Assembly (NCBI RefSeq): GCF_018977255.1
Contig: NW_024704743.1
Span: 74,092,001 to 74,156,000 of the forward strand
DNA length: 64,000 nucleotides
DNA from: Callorhinchus milii
Lineage: Eukaryota
Direction: 5' to 3'
Positions within the stretch are counted from its first letter, which is position 1; each line of letters opens with the position of its first letter. A program made the translations under genes and the position numbers. The notes below the pieces were generated by a model, which was not told where the DNA came from, did no database searches, and saw only the letters and a list, made by a program, of their open reading frames with translations. This document shows positions 1-14,784 of the stretch, in pieces.

Positions 1-459
1 CAGTCGCATCTATCTCTCAAACTGCTTGCCATTAATTACAATCTACTTCCAAATCTCTCCTATTTGGAAGTGCGCTCTGATTCTCAATTTTAATCTGAGT
101 TTAGGATGACCTTACATGCTCAAGCACTGTATTTGCATTTCATTTGCATTTTTAACCAAAAAAGGTTTAGGATCATTTAGCATTCAGCGTCAACATGAAA
201 GCAGTGTCTCCTGCTGTCAAATGGGGAAGCACACCTCGGAACATTTCTTATTCCTTTAAGAATTTTTATATATAAGGCCTCGTTTTGTACAGCCAGTTAT
301 TTCTCAGTCGTTCTGTTCCTAGCCTTTGAATCAAAGTCAGACCCATTTTTCCAGCAGTTGCATTTTTTTTTGTTTTCCTGACCCAATGTACTGAATTGCA
401 TAGAATGAAACAGCACATGAGCCTCTACCCCCGCCACCCCCCCCATCATCGTCCCCCAC

Positions 460-619
460 TACACATATATAGCACCCTTCACGCCGGAAAGACATCCTAG
501 GGGCACTGGACAATCAGGGGTTTGGGACCCAAGCTGGGAGATGGGATCAGCAGGGGTGGAGGGCAGGGGATGTGGATGTGGGAGGGCGGCTGAAGGCACG
601 GTCGAAAAGGAAGGTCTGT
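460..619 (-). mobile_element. L2 3' end, inverted near-copy of 1025-1184
   Basis: Manual alignment gives 9 mismatches in 160 nt against the reverse complement of 1025-1184. Confidence 0.8.
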
Positions 620-864
620 CGCTATTTCCCTCGCCCTCATGCATGCATCAGCAGATGTAGGTCGACTAGATGTGGAAAAACCACACGTGATTCAAGTCAA
701 CACTGTCACCCAGATCATCTTTGAAAGCAGTGGCGGCTGGTGACCTTTTTAACACAGTTCTTTAGGCAATCTATGAGTTTGTCATGGAAACGGGCCCTTT
801 GCCCACGTGCAATGTCTTGGCCTCTGTCTCCTGCTAGCCTCTGCTTCTTCACCAGTCCCACTCA

Positions 865-1184
865 CTCGCTTGCCTTTCTCCCTCGCTGGCCTGCTCCAGG
901 TCCCCCGCACTTCCCGCCCCACCATTGGTGGTTGAGCATTCAGGATCTCTGCCCCCGCACTCTGGAATTCTATCCCAGAATCCTTCCACCTCACCCCCTC
1001 TCTTGCCTCCTTCAAATCCCATCTACAGACCTTCCTTTTTGACCGTGCCTTCAGCCACCCTCCCACATTCACATCCCCTGCCCTCCACCCCTGCTAATCC
1101 CATCTCCCAGCTTAGGTCCCAAACCCCTGATTGTCCAGTGCCCCTAGGATGTCTTTCTGGCGTGAAGGGCATTATATATGTGTA
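865..1184 (+). mobile_element. L2 3' fragment
   Basis: cccaccattggtggttgagcattcagg...ctctggaattc...ttgaccgtgccttcagcc...gaagggcattatatatg. Confidence 0.78.
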
Positions 1185-4100
1185 ATAATAATAATAATAA
1201 TAATCCTTGCATTTGATATAGCGCTTTTCACGTCTGGAGGACGTCCCAAAGCGCTTCACAGAACACACTGTAGATTGTTGTTGTTGTCTCACCCAGTTTG
1301 TTCAGCTTCCACTTGCTGGTCCCACTTGTTTCCTGGAAGACCTTTTCACAGATTAGCATGTCCATGGCAGATCTTCCAAGAAAGAAACAAAAACTTGCAT
1401 TTTTATCACACCTCATCGTAGCAAGATGTTACCAAACTCCTCATAGTAATCGGGGGCAGTGTCTGTTTTTCTTCACAAACATGGCAGCCATTCATGCCAG
1501 CACAGTCTCATAAATAATAATTTGGTCATTCAATCACCGACTGTTTGTGGGACACTGCTGTGCACAATTGGCTGCCACATTTTATCCATAAAATACAGTC
1601 AATTTATTTAAAGTATATTCTGTGAAGCACTTTGAGATGTCTCAAAGACATAATAAGGAGCTATATCAAATGCAAGGATTATTATTATGAACTGCCTTGA
1701 GAGGAATGACCAAATAATCTATAGGATTATCAAGACTTTGAGTTGACAATATAGACACTTCAGTGTCTGGGTTCTCCAGTACTGGGGTTTCTGCTGCATT
1801 GTCGGAGGTGCCGTTAAACAAAGATGAATGAGATGTTAAACCAAGATCCAGTCTGCCTGTTCAGATGTATATTAAAGATTTGATGGTACTATTCAAAAAA
1901 AAAAGGGAGTTTCTCCTGGGTGTCAATCCCCCAAGTAACATTGACCATTCATGTTATGACTGTTTGTCCCAATAAGGGGGATTGAGCCCATAACTTTCTG
2001 AGTCAGAGGTGAGAGTGCTACCACTGAGCCAATCTGACACACAAAAGATGCAGTGCCTCAATTTGCAAAGGGAGAAGATTGTTAGTGTGATGTTCTTGGC
2101 ACAAATGGCTTTGGCGTTTGCCCACTAAAGCAGTCACTACATGTGACAGCAATTACATTTGTAGTGCTTTGATGCATTGTGAAGTGCTAAAAATTGCAAA
2201 TTCAGATATTTTCTGCCCTCGGGAAATCTCCTGGATGTGCACAACCACCACTTTGTGCAAGTAACTGCTTGTTTTTGCATAAGAATGGTGCTGATGGAAC
2301 TGTTTGTCTGTCTATAAATAGTGTTTAGGAGGTTGACGACCTTTAGCTGTAAATCTGAGCTTTCACTCTTTTACAGTGAAAATGTAAAGATTGCTATCAT
2401 AAAAGTACAGAGACTGGCAAATGAAGTGATTTATTGTCTGAATTACATTACTAATAGAAACAAAGAACACTGATAACAGAGTCTGAATAACATGAATGTG
2501 GAAAATTACAGTCTTGGATCATATACTTGACCTTGTGGAGTGGCTTGGGTTGCAGCCTGGTGCAGAGATTTATAATGGTATTTCTATTACAATTACAAGG
2601 AAATGTGCACAGGTCAGGTTTAGTTGCCCTTTAAAGCTGTTGAAGGCTTTCTTCGGTCATTCTGTTGCTGATCATCGATGAGTTTGGCAGCAAAGATCTT
2701 TGAAAACTGGTGATTTCTATTGATGGATGGATTTTGAACTTGTCTCATACTGAGTAAGAATCTACCACCAGCTCAGTCATGTTGTGAGGTATATTGGAAG
2801 CTTGTTCATTAGGAACCTGTCACAGTGAAAATTAAATCATCACACACAGGTAAGCCTGATTAAATTGTACTTTAATACATCAGGGATTTGTTAAAATGAA
2901 TGCCTTACATCTGTCGATAAAGCATCTTTTTATTAATTCCTATCAACGTTTGTGATTTAACTTGTTATTGTGTATATTTTATACAGTATCATGTTTGGGG
3001 TGGTAGAAAAACCTTTTTGGAAGCATTTTCACAGTGTATTTCGAGTAATGCTATCCAAGACCTGAAATATGCCGATGACTTAATTTAGCTTTGAGTATCA
3101 GTGTCTTGAGTTTATTGAAATGTTTTCGGTGTACTTGAAGTTTAAAATTTTTGTGCGCTTGGATGAAACACATTGTTGCCAAACGTGTCATCTTGGAGCC
3201 AATTCAGCTCTAAGGAGACTACCTCCAGCTCACTACCCCCCTCCGGACATACCTTCCTGCCCTTGATGTTCTGAACAAAAAATAAAGATTTTTGTAATTG
3301 GAATACCTGTTGAATTCAGCTTGTACCTTTGGGTCAAAATACCTCTGAAATCATTGTATTAATAATTGCCCGGATCCTAAGATAAACTGTTTAGTATGAA
3401 ATGACAACAACAACAAAATTACATTTGTATAGCAAATAAGGTCTCTCTTCTCTCCAGCATGACTGGGAGAATATCTAGCATGGCTTGAAAACACACATCT
3501 CTTGTGTGAATCAAAACCGTATTCTGCTTTTGTAGTTGGTGTGCTCTAGGAGTGTGCAGCTGTTATTTTATCCCATTATGTAAAATCATAGAAACCTTCG
3601 ACACAGAGGAGGAAATTCAAGGCATTGTGCACCTGTTCCACCTAGCTTCCCCCACTGGAAATATCTCCTCTAGTCTGTTTTCCCCATATCCTTTCATATC
3701 TTTATTCATCTGTCTGTATAATTCCTTGTTGAATTATGTAATTGATTCAGCTTTGGTAGTTACTCACAATAATATGTTCCACATCCCAATGAACCTTTGT
3801 GTAAAGCAAATTCTTCTAACCTTCCCCTTTATGCTTCTATGATTACCTCTTGCTCCGTTTTCATACTGGATATAACCTGGCGCACATAGAAGCTATCTTT
3901 AGCTGCAGTATACGTAATGTATTTTAACTATATTTGAATATTCAAACCAATTCTCTATACAACATCAACAACAACAATTACATTTTTATATTGTTCTTCA
4001 CACAGGGTAGTATCTTGGCGCCTTTAAGCACACAAAACCCTTTAAGAACACAACACTGCTAACTCACTTCTATTTCCTTCAGTATTCTGATCAAGGAAGC

Positions 4101-6712
4101 CTCTGACGTATATATAGTGTTCTCCTTACGGCAACTCGGACTGAACTTTGACTTATAAACACTATCTTTTAAAAATGTTAGAATGGGAACAGACCATTTG
4201 GTCCACCAACCTGTTCCTTCTAAGCGAAATCTGCCCTATTATGAATGTCATGCTATTCACTCTGATCTCCTGGAGGGAAATACTTGTGAAGCACTTTATG
4301 ACATCTCAATGGCATGATAAGGCGCTATATCAAATGCAAAGATTATTATACAGTTTTTAAACAGATAACAGATATGTCTGTGATGTGATGAGGTGTTATA
4401 TGAAATGCAAGAATTATTATTAACTATAACTAATAGTATTGTTATACTACCCCATTCCTTCTTGAAGGAGTATATTGTTGCAGCAACTAATTTTGGTTGT
4501 TTCAAGTAATCAATATCTGTGTTTGTCTGTGTATGTGTGTGTCTGTCTATATGATGGGAGAAGAATAAATTGATACAAAATTTTAGTCCTGCGTGAATTT
4601 TACATTTTAAGTCTATGTTCTCCAGTTATGCTTTCAATGTTTAAATCAAATGGCCACATTATTTTAAAAACTTGTATCAAGCCCCATTTAGTCTCTAAAT
4701 AACAAGGTGTTATTGTGCTTTGGTCTCTGAACCCTCCCCAATTCTTCGATGCTTATTGGGTCCCCAAAATTCCTGTGGTGTTCAAAATGTGCCTCTCAGG
4801 GATCTAGCCTGGGTTAAATGGCTTCTTTCAACTTGTAGACAATTGTGTTAGTGGTGCAGCCTTTTATTTGTTTAGCTTTATTGACAGAAGCAAACATTTC
4901 TTGACAGTATCGACTTCTGATAAGGCAGACCTTGGAGTAATAGTTGTAAGGAGAGTGTGGGAAATAATCCTGAATATTGTATGTATAAAAAAAACTATGT
5001 TACGACCTACAAAATACATGGTCACTATACTTTCCATCAAATCCTCTGAAGTGCTTTGAGATGTCCTCCAGCCTTGAAAGGGATTATATCAAATGCAAGG
5101 TTTGTTATTTATGGCCTATGCTGTGCACTTGTGCAGGGCATGGAAATAGATGGGAATTTGTGCTTGAGAGCACCTTTGCTGACCTTATCCAGAGGAGGCT
5201 TTCTGATCAATAGTAAGTTATTTTAATCTGAAATAAATGTTATGTTTGATTAGTCAGGAAGACTACAAAGATACTTTGAGTAAGTGTTTGGAAGAGTAAA
5301 ACAGCAATGAACTGTGAGAATAGTGGGACAGGGTGGGGTAAAACATCTGTCTTTATGTCTCGCTTCTACACTTTGCTCAATTTCACTGCCTTTTGCTCTT
5401 TCTGTTACTGAAATAAATTGAGCTTTGCAACACTGCAGCCTAATTTGCAGCATATGTGAAATGATTTGCAAGTATTAAATCCTTCATGTACCCCAAAGCT
5501 CATCACTCATATTCTCCAGAACCCCACTCGAAAGCCCATCTGTCAAGAGGCCCTGTTTGCTACACATTAACTTGGTTGAAGTGAGAATGACATCTGAGTG
5601 GATTACCAGTGAGTCAGCATGTCCAGGTATGGACAGCATTCAATATTTGCAACACCTTTTACAATCCTATTGTGTTTTTTGCATGTATGTTCAGGCACAA
5701 TTAATGCATTTTTATGCATTGTTTTTGATCTTTGTAAGATACATTGCTGGTAAAGTAGTTGGATACAAAGGTATTGAGGAACATTTACAGCCTGAATGGG
5801 TAGCGAGGTGAATGATATATTCTCTCCTACATCAGGTTCTGCAAAGGCATTACCCGATCCTTGTCTGGCATTGTTATCCTCCCAGTGCCCCATCTTAATG
5901 ACTTTAAGATTCTCATTCTACCCTTAATCTTTCTTACAATTGTAGCACTTTGCCACACACAATAAGGCCATTCGACCCATTTATCTGTGCTTGGCTTGTT
6001 GGAAGAGCAATCCGTTCAGTTTCATTTTACAGCCTTTCCCCATTACTCCTTCCTACTCCTTTTTATACATCTCTTTAATTCCTTCTTTAAATCTCATACC
6101 AATCTTGCCTAATCTCGTCTCAATTACCGCACCTGGGAGGGCATTCCACATCCTAGTCATTCTGTATAAAAACAAAATCCTCCTCATCTTTCCCTTTGAT
6201 AAACATCTTCAGTTGTTGCTCTCTAAACTGACCGACCCCACCCATGTCCTGCTCTACCTTCACTCTGTGTTCACCTCCAGCCTGATTTTCCTGTCCTTTG
6301 CTCTCTGGTTTACTGTTCATTCCTCACTTCTTCTGCCCTAACATCGCTTGACCAAACCTTCAACACTTTCCCAAAATCTTTTCATCTTGCACCTTCTCTC
6401 CAGCCTTCAAAACCCACTCTAACAAGTTGCTTCCCTCACTACTGGGTGATTTCCCCCATTATTGATGAACAGTAGTAGTGCCTCAGAGCTGAGCTATATT
6501 TCTTTCTCAAATAAAAATTTCAGTTGTAAGTTATAACCTTGCACAGTAACTACTGATGATTATAGAGAGATGTTGGCAGAAGTCTGAGTCGTACTTGCTG
6601 GCCCTGAGGGAGAAGAGAACCTAGAGTAGAGAACTCTAGTAGTTTCATTTGAATCATATTCATAAAGCAACTTGAGCCTTCATATAAAGCAGTTTTGGCG
6701 TGGTAATAAGGC

Positions 6713-6935
6713 CTGAAATTCCACCTATTCCATAAAGACCATTTTGTCTTGAAATTTAAGATCGCGCAGAATTGTGGAAAATTCTTAAATTCAGTCTTCA
6801 TATGGAAGCTGTTTTTCGGTAGTTCTTAAAAAGAACCAGCTTCCAAATTACAGATGAATTTAAGAATGTTTAACAATGAGTGCAATCTTTTACAACAACA
6901 TGGTCTTACAGGATTAAAACTAGGTGGAATTTCAG
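6713..6935. mobile_element. Palindromic (fold-back) MITE-like element
   Basis: Perfect 15-bp inverted ends ctgaaattccaccta / taggtggaatttcag, plus imperfect inner symmetry. A related copy lies at about 8421-8612. Confidence 0.65.
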
Positions 6936-8046
6936 CTGTTTATTATTATTGATAATAATAATAATAATTCCTGCACTTAATATAGTGCCTTATCGTACCT
7001 CAAATGTTTCAAAGCGCTTAGTGACTGTGTATTTGTAAGAGAACATGACATCCAGCAAGGTCCCACAACCAGCCATAAAGTGAATGAACAATTTTATCTG
7101 GAGATTGTTGGCCAGCACGTCAGGAGAAGCTCCCTTCTCCCTTACAGAACGGTGATTAAACATGAGGTTTTGAATTCCATGAAAGAAAGCCGTACATGAT
7201 ACCACCCTTGTAGTTAATTATTATTGCCTAAATCTTGACAGATACTTTATAAATAAACCTAAATGACGTTTTTTCCTGAAAACCGTGTCTAATGCCTGAA
7301 CAGGTTTAGCTGATTTATAATCGAATGAAGTGGAGCGGAATTCTTTTAACTCGTGGGATCAGTCATTTGAGTTGAGCAGGAAGCCATCTGTGGTCTGAAC
7401 CTCGGAGTGTCATTGGTGTTCACTGAATAGTCTCTCCCAAATGACATTGCCTGAGGTACGACAAGCGTTCCAAATGAAAAGCATTCATTAAGGACAGTAG
7501 CTTAATCACACCGTTGCTGTTTATAAAAATAAGCACAGTTAAAAGACATCTACATACAATATATTAGTCAGATAAAATTGGTCAATCACTTCATGGCTCT
7601 TTGTGGAACATCGCTGTGCACAAATTGGCTGCCATGTTTTCTACAAGTACTTCACAGTAAAATCATTTGAATGGCTTTGAGACATCTTGACGATGTGATA
7701 AGCGATATACCAAATGCAACAATTATTATTATGGAACATTTAGAAAAGGTGAACTCTATAGGGTAAATTTAGTCCATATTACTTTTGCAAACTAATCCTC
7801 TAATTTCTCTCTGAAAGGCATCACAGGGACAGATACAGGTTTGTGAGCCTGTGTCACTTGTGGAGACTTGGTGCCAGACCCTTCAGAAAGAGCTTGTGTG
7901 ATGATTCCATCTGTCATGAATAGCTGCTGAAAGCCAGGCTCTGGTAAAGCATTTCCAGAGTTAATAGACATGTGAGAAATGAGGGTAATGGCAAATACAG
8001 TAGATAGAGATGTTAGTAACAAGTAGAGTTGGCCTAAAATGTCACA

Positions 8047-8415
8047 TAATAATAATCCTTACATTTGATATAGTGCCTTATCACGTTTTCAAGATGTCTC
8101 AAAGCGCTTCACAGTATATATTATAAAGTGAATTGACTGTATGTTTTGTGGGCGAAACGTAGAAGCCAAAAGCGCACAGCAGCGTCCCACAAACAGATGT
8201 TGATTGAAGTGACCAATTTATTATTTTTTTTTGAAGGAATTATTACCCCAGGTAAAGCGATCCACCAATCGACTAACAACCGGGTTCCTATTTACTGCTA
8301 GGTGAACAGAGGCGTGTGGAGTAAGGAAACATGCCCAACATTTCGCCCTCTGGGAATCAAACCCAGGTCTCTCATATGGGAGGCGAGTGCTCTAACCACT
8401 GAGCTACAGGACTCC
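8047..8415 (-). mobile_element. tRNA-derived SINE, long subfamily
   Basis: Head ggagtcctgtagctcagtggttagagc on -, extra internal segment, Deu-like core and (ATT)n tail. Confidence 0.9.
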
Positions 8416-11400
8416 ACGACTCTTAAATCCAGTGTCTCAGCTTCGAAACTAAGGGCAGAATTGCTGAAAATTCTTCAAGTCGATCTTTATTGGAAGCCCC
8501 TTCTTTTTAAACATTGCAAAAAGCTAACTTCCAAATTAACACTGGATTTAAGAATGTTCCACAATTTCTGCACAAAATTAAATTTGAAGATGGAATAGAA
8601 AATGTTCAGTCTTTCAGGCTAAGGCTGGTTGGTTTGGGGCCTCATGTGTGCCTGGGGTAAACACCCAGATGGGTCTCTACCTCCCATGAATTGAAGTAAA
8701 CCTTAAACAAGCAATTTATTGCATCAGAAATGCCTAAAGCAAAGCTTTAAATAAATCAATTTAATACTTTCTTCTCTTCTCTTGCCCTTATTCACCCCCC
8801 TCCCCACACTCCTGCAACCCCTCCCCCCAAAATAAAAGAAAACTTCTAATAGTTTGTAATATTCTGCAATGTCAGAGAGTTTTTTTCCTTTTTTGTCCAT
8901 CTGGAACAGCTAACTGCTGTGCAAACTTACTACAAACTACAATAGATGATTTTCCCCCGCACATTGTACTGATGGCTTGAAATGCATCTATTGTGAATGA
9001 TTGACAGTCTGTGACCTGTGGCTGCCAGAGAGGGATTTACTTTTGGGGTATTGTATTCTCCTGTTTTGATTTTACATTGCTCTTCCTCAGTCCTTCAAAT
9101 TGTTTTTTCTGAGCCATTGTTTGAATAAACAATATCTTGTGCAATTTTTTCTTAAAAAGTCATTCGCATTACTGTCTTCAGTCCTTAGTGAAGGTGAAGT
9201 CACACAAACACCACACGACTTTCATTTCCTTATATGGTAGCTTATTTCTTTTGGTGTCCTTTTGAGGCAAACTGTGTTGTGTTAAATTCTGTGGTAGCAT
9301 TTAAGAAGTATTAAAGTTTTGATTTATCAGTTTAGGGAATTAATATGCAATATGTGCTTAAACTAAAGAGCAATTGAGAAGATCAAATCATAGAATGTAT
9401 AATTATGGTGCTTATGGTGACCTCCATCCCCCCAGTTCAGCGTCAGCTCCGCCACTGTTAAGCACTGCAAGACACTGCGCCACGTGATGGCCACTATATA
9501 AGTGCAAGTTGTTGTTGTTATGCAGTTGCAGGTTCTCTGGATAAAGTCTCTCTGCATAACCCTACCAAATACAATCTAGATGTTCATCAATTAACCCTGT
9601 TAATCCTGACCATTTGCCACTGAAAGTGCATGTTTAAGTGACATTAAAGATCCCATGATGCTATTCAAAAAGAAAAGGGAGTTTCTCCCAGTGTCGTAGT
9701 CAACAATTCCCCAGATAGAAAAAATGTCAATCACTTTATGCCAGTTATGAAATAGTGTGGGCAAATTGATTACTGCGTTCATCCATAAAATACAGTCCTA
9801 GTATCCTGTGAAGAGCTTTGAAATATCCTCCTGATGTGAAAGGCACTATACCACATGCAAATAATATCATTATAATAAAGGTGGTGCCCCTCACAGGTAA
9901 ATGTAAATGTGATAGATACAAATTCCCCTGTGTTTAGTCTTGCTACCATTTGAAAGCAGCGATTTTCATGTTATCATTGATGGTTTTGCCCAGTCCTTAG
10001 TGAAGTTCATTGTGATATGGCACATGCGAAGCAAGCAAAACTCAGGTGTTTGCTTCATTTCCAGCCTGATTGAGAAAAAAACATTTATCCAGCTTCCTGC
10101 TGCACATCTCTGCTACCCAGGGGAAAAGAAGCTGGGTTCCCAGCTGTACAAGATCCTGTTTGAATCGGGAGATGTTGCTTTAGGGAATTAATGCCTTGGA
10201 ACTTTACATAGTCATTCATTCGAACAGGAAAGTGGCACAATGGAACATCAGTGCGCCAATTTAAGATGGTTACCAAGGTAGTAAAGGAGAAGATTAGAAG
10301 TTTTTTTTAAAAGAGCTGTTAGGACTTGGAATAGCCTGTCCTGGAATGATGATTGACCCTGAATCCAATGGCCTTTGTCTGTGCTGTATATTTCTGTGGG
10401 TCTTTGACTCCAACTTGTCAAGACATTTGCATTAGAAAGGTTGAAAGTTTTCTTATCAAAGCCCTGGCAATAAGAGAATAGAAACTTTAAATCAGCTGCA
10501 TAATATCAAGAAATAGATTTTTCTGAAGGAAAAGTCAAAGTAAATGAATCGTAACAATGTAGTCATTTTATATTTGGTTTTGTGTATCTTATTGTAAATT
10601 GGCTGTTTTCTGGCAGGTGGTCTCTGCGGATTAGTAATTCTATACCAGGGCATTTTATGGAGAGCTTATATACTTAGGGCACTAAATTTCATACTAAACA
10701 TTGCTTATCTAAGTTAAGATGACTGATGCAATTTGTGGAGTTAATGGGAAAATGAGTGTTAATTTTAAACCCTAAATCCCTGTGAGTTTTTAGCGGCTGT
10801 TTATTGGAGATGCAGTGGTTCTGTGAAAAACACAAAAGGGCTTAGTTTTCCACCAGTTTAGGTGAAAAATTACCTCTGTTCCTTGGAAATTGCATCATTT
10901 TCCCACCTAGAGTGAGAATGTATCAATAACGGCAGTTGGCAAACCAGTAAACTACACGCTCGGTTGTTGGGGCACTCAAAAGAACTTCAGAGAAATGAGT
11001 CCTCACAGAGATTATGAACAAACAAGACTAAGAAAATCAGGAGTGTCAGAAATATTGTTTTGATTAAAATAAAAGATTTACAATATTTATCTTCCTATGC
11101 ATTATGCCTGAATTAGTGCTCTATGTTGTGTGTTTGCACTTCCTACGTCCCTTGATGCCTTCTCTGTGTACGCTAACCTGTGTCAAACTGCCTACAGTGA
11201 TGGCAAATGCAACAGTATACTTTGGTGTCAACTTGGCTCAGTAAGTTGCACTCTCATCTATGACTTAGAAGGTTGTAGGCTCAAGCCCTAATTTGGGACT
11301 TTGAGCTCATAAGACTCCCGTGGAGTGTTGGGAGATTGCTGCATTGGGAGCTTCTCCTGATGTCCTGGCCAACAAAGCTCCAGATAAAATTGGTCATTGA

Positions 11401-11899
11401 CTTCATGGATATTTGAGGGACTTTCTTGGTCAAACAGTCAATAGTACATGACACAGTAAATCCTGTGAAACACTTTGAGACATTTTGATAATGAGTTAAG
11501 GCACTATTATTATTACATTGTCAAAGTTACTACATATAGCAGTGGTACTTCTGTGAGCTATGATCACTGCATTCGATTCTTTAGAATGTTGGTTTAACGA
11601 ACAGCCAACTTCCAAACTGCATGTGGGGAATAACTGAATTCAACAATGTGTCAGTTCCAGTTGTTGAGACTCAAGGCAGCTGCGAACTGTCAGTTAGAAT
11701 GATATTTTTTAGGTCCAAAAGCCAAAATCAAGCCAGTTCTTGCATCAGTGGAAAGTTGAAGATTAATGACATGACACAAAAAAGTGAAAACTTTCATTGT
11801 GACATTAGACATTCCAAGTCTGTACTTGGTATCACCGATGTTTAGGCCCAGTCTCTCTGAACAAGTTACTGAGCTGTTCATACAATCGTGGAACTTGTT

Positions 11900-12125
11900 A
11901 TAATAATAATTCTTGCATTTAATATAGGGCCTTATCATGTTGTTGAGACGTCTCAAAGCACCTCATAATATATTGCAAGGTGAATTGACTACTTTGTGGG
12001 CGAAACGCGACAGCCTGTTGCGCACAGCAGTGTTCCATAACAGTCGCGGATTGAATGACCAAATTATTATTATTTTTTGGAGGGATTATTCCCCTGTGAA
12101 ACAATCTGCCAATCAACCGTGTTCC
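11900..12125 (-). mobile_element. 5'-truncated SINE of the long subfamily
   Basis: Tail, core and part of the internal segment on -. Confidence 0.8.
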
Positions 12126-14177
12126 CACATACTGTTAAGTACTGTTTTAAACACAGAAATAAAGTGTGGTCCAGTTATAACATGCTTCTGTACAACAATA
12201 ATATAACAACCCTTGTGTTTTATACAGCATTTTATCACATGGTCAAAACAGTTCAAAGCACTTCACAGGATTTACTCTAGTGGGTGTTTGTAGACAAACT
12301 TGTGTTCAATAATCTCTTTCTGTACAATCTTGATTTCAGTCCAATGGTTATCTTCTTCTTTCTCCCTACAAGCTTTGTAGATCTTCCTATTTTTTCTTAA
12401 TCTCCTTCTTTATTTTCCTGTTGATCTATATCGGTGTGATATTTGTTTAACTTGACCCTGCTACGCTTAGGTATGTTCTTGCCCTCCATGCTCTGATTGA
12501 TGTATGTGAAGGATGTCCATTATCGTCAATTGATTGTCCTTGAGTAATGCCTCCTATTCCAAGTCATTTACCTCTGCCGGTTCCCCAACTAAAGTTGTAT
12601 CCTTTGTTGCATGCTTGTGCCGTTTTCCAAGTCAAATTGAATATATTTGGTCACCTTTTTGTTAGTGGGGTTTTTTCAACGTCGCAAAGCATGAGCTGAA
12701 ATTTGAACAACCAGCCAACCCAAGGAGAATTAAGCCTCTGAATACATGCTGGCAGTCTCACATTTAATCATCTCTTGGTGGTATTATTAAGCGGGAGGAG
12801 TCAAAGTTTTGACAAATGCTCCGTGAAAGTGCCATTGGGAATTATCCATTCTTGCTCCGCAGTGTCTAACTTTTCAGATAGGCCCAAATGTGCAATGAAT
12901 TATATATTATAGCCTAAATATAACCTGCTGATGAAATGCAGCATCTCAAAGTGTCTATCGGTATATGACTCGAAACTTGCACAAATATCTCATGCTCCTA
13001 AATTCCCGGGGGAGGGGGGAGTATGTGAATTGCTTACTCTGCTCCAATACCAACTCTTTGCCCCCTTCTTCACCCCCCCCCCCCCACATTTAGCATTTCT
13101 TGCTTACTCTCTCTAAACCTGTACAATCTTCTCCAAATACTTTCTCTGATCCATACACTCCTCTGATTCTGGTCTGTTGCGTGTTCCTCACTCCTTCTGT
13201 CCCACCTTTGAGCCACTATGCCTCGAGAATTCCCTTCCAAAACCTCTTGTCTTGCTTCTACTTTCCCTAACTTCAAAAGCCTCCTAAACAGATAGCTTTT
13301 TGAGTGTGCTTCTGGTCAACATCCTTAATTCTCTCTTTCTTCAGCCTGCTTGGTGCTCCCTATAATGATTATTAAGTGCTTTGAGACATTGGTTCTGTAT
13401 GAAAGGCACTGACTGTATAAGTGCAAGTTGTTCCTGGCTCCACTCCCAGCCTGACCACTGCTAAGTGTAGATCAAATACAGAAATCAGGCTTGGGTAGAA
13501 AACATTCCATGCTTTTCAGGGTACGGGGAAAGAATAGAGCAATGCGATTAGAACAGATAGCTCCGGGGGAAGCTGGCACCAGCAGACACACGATGGGTTG
13601 AATTGTCTCCCCCTGTGCTCAAACATTCAATGTTTCTATGAGGCTAATTTAATTTTCTGCTTCAGTAACTCACCCGCGTGCCTCAGTTCAGACACAGAAT
13701 GTTTTGGGTTAAGTGCTACTGTATAATAGAGGCCTTGCTGACATTTTTGTCCATTTTGGTTGCCGGTGCATAAAAATCTTGCTTTAGTTGCCGTCTGACT
13801 TCCCTTGAAGCCTGTGAGGATATACATGTACTCCTTATTTTTAATACACTTGAATTTATATACTACAATACACATTTATATAGCGCCTTTCCCATCTAGA
13901 GGACATTTCAAAGCGCTTTATCCCCTAAAGCTATTGTTTGCTACTATATTTTAAAAAATTCTGGTTTAGATTCTCCTCCAAATTCAAATTTGTCGGCAAA
14001 CTCAAATAAATGTGCTACTCAGTTCATTGTTCATCGCATTTTGCTGACACAGTTGCCAAGTTTGCTTTTGTATACAAAAAATGTGAAGCGGTACATTTTT
14101 AATAACCCTTACATTTGGTAAAACATCCTTCTTTCACTTTGGGAGGATATCCCAAAGTACTTCAGAGTTTACTGTAC

Positions 14178-14610
14178 AACAACACTTATCTAGCGCCCTC
14201 CACACAGGGTAGCGTCCCAGAGCGCTTAACAGTGGCGGAGCCTGATTCCGAGGTGGGGGGGTGGGTAGGAGGTGACCATAAGCACGGTCGAAAAGGAAGG
14301 TTTTCAGACGGGACTTGAAAAAAGGGAGAGGGGGCAAGGCGGAGGGATTGAGGGAGAGTGTTCCAGAGTTCCAAAGTGCGACCTCCAATGGTAGAGCGGA
14401 GGGTGCGAGGGACGAGCAGGAGGCCGGTGCTAGTCGAGCGGAGGCTCCGGGTGGTGGAGTGAGGAGGTCAGAGAGGTAGGGAGGTGCCAGGGAGTGAAGG
14501 GAATTGAACACTAGTTTGAGGATCTTGAAGTCGATCTGTTTGGTGATGGGGAGCCATGGGAGCCCGGCCAGAACTGGTGAGATGTGGGTAATGGAGTTTG
14601 GGCCGGGTCA
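14178..14610 (-). mobile_element. L2 3' fragment
   Basis: - strand FNSLHSLAPPYLSDLL...FKSRLKTFLFDRAY with a (CAA)n tail. Confidence 0.82.
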
Positions 14611-14784
14611 GTATGTGGGCAACAGTGCAGTGACTGTTGTGTGTCTGTGGGAGGACGTTTTGAAAGAAAGAATAGAGAGTGGAATTATATCCTGGGTTTT
14701 AGAATTCTCAATCAAGTGGAAGAACAGAAGGATGTTTACTTTTGTATTCGGTGACCTTGTAAATAAAACCTGGAATCCTGCTTG

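Noticed and set aside
12928..12980. Second hammerhead (CTGATGA...GAAAC)
   Set aside because: There is no convincing stem II or stem I pairing and no Penelope context.
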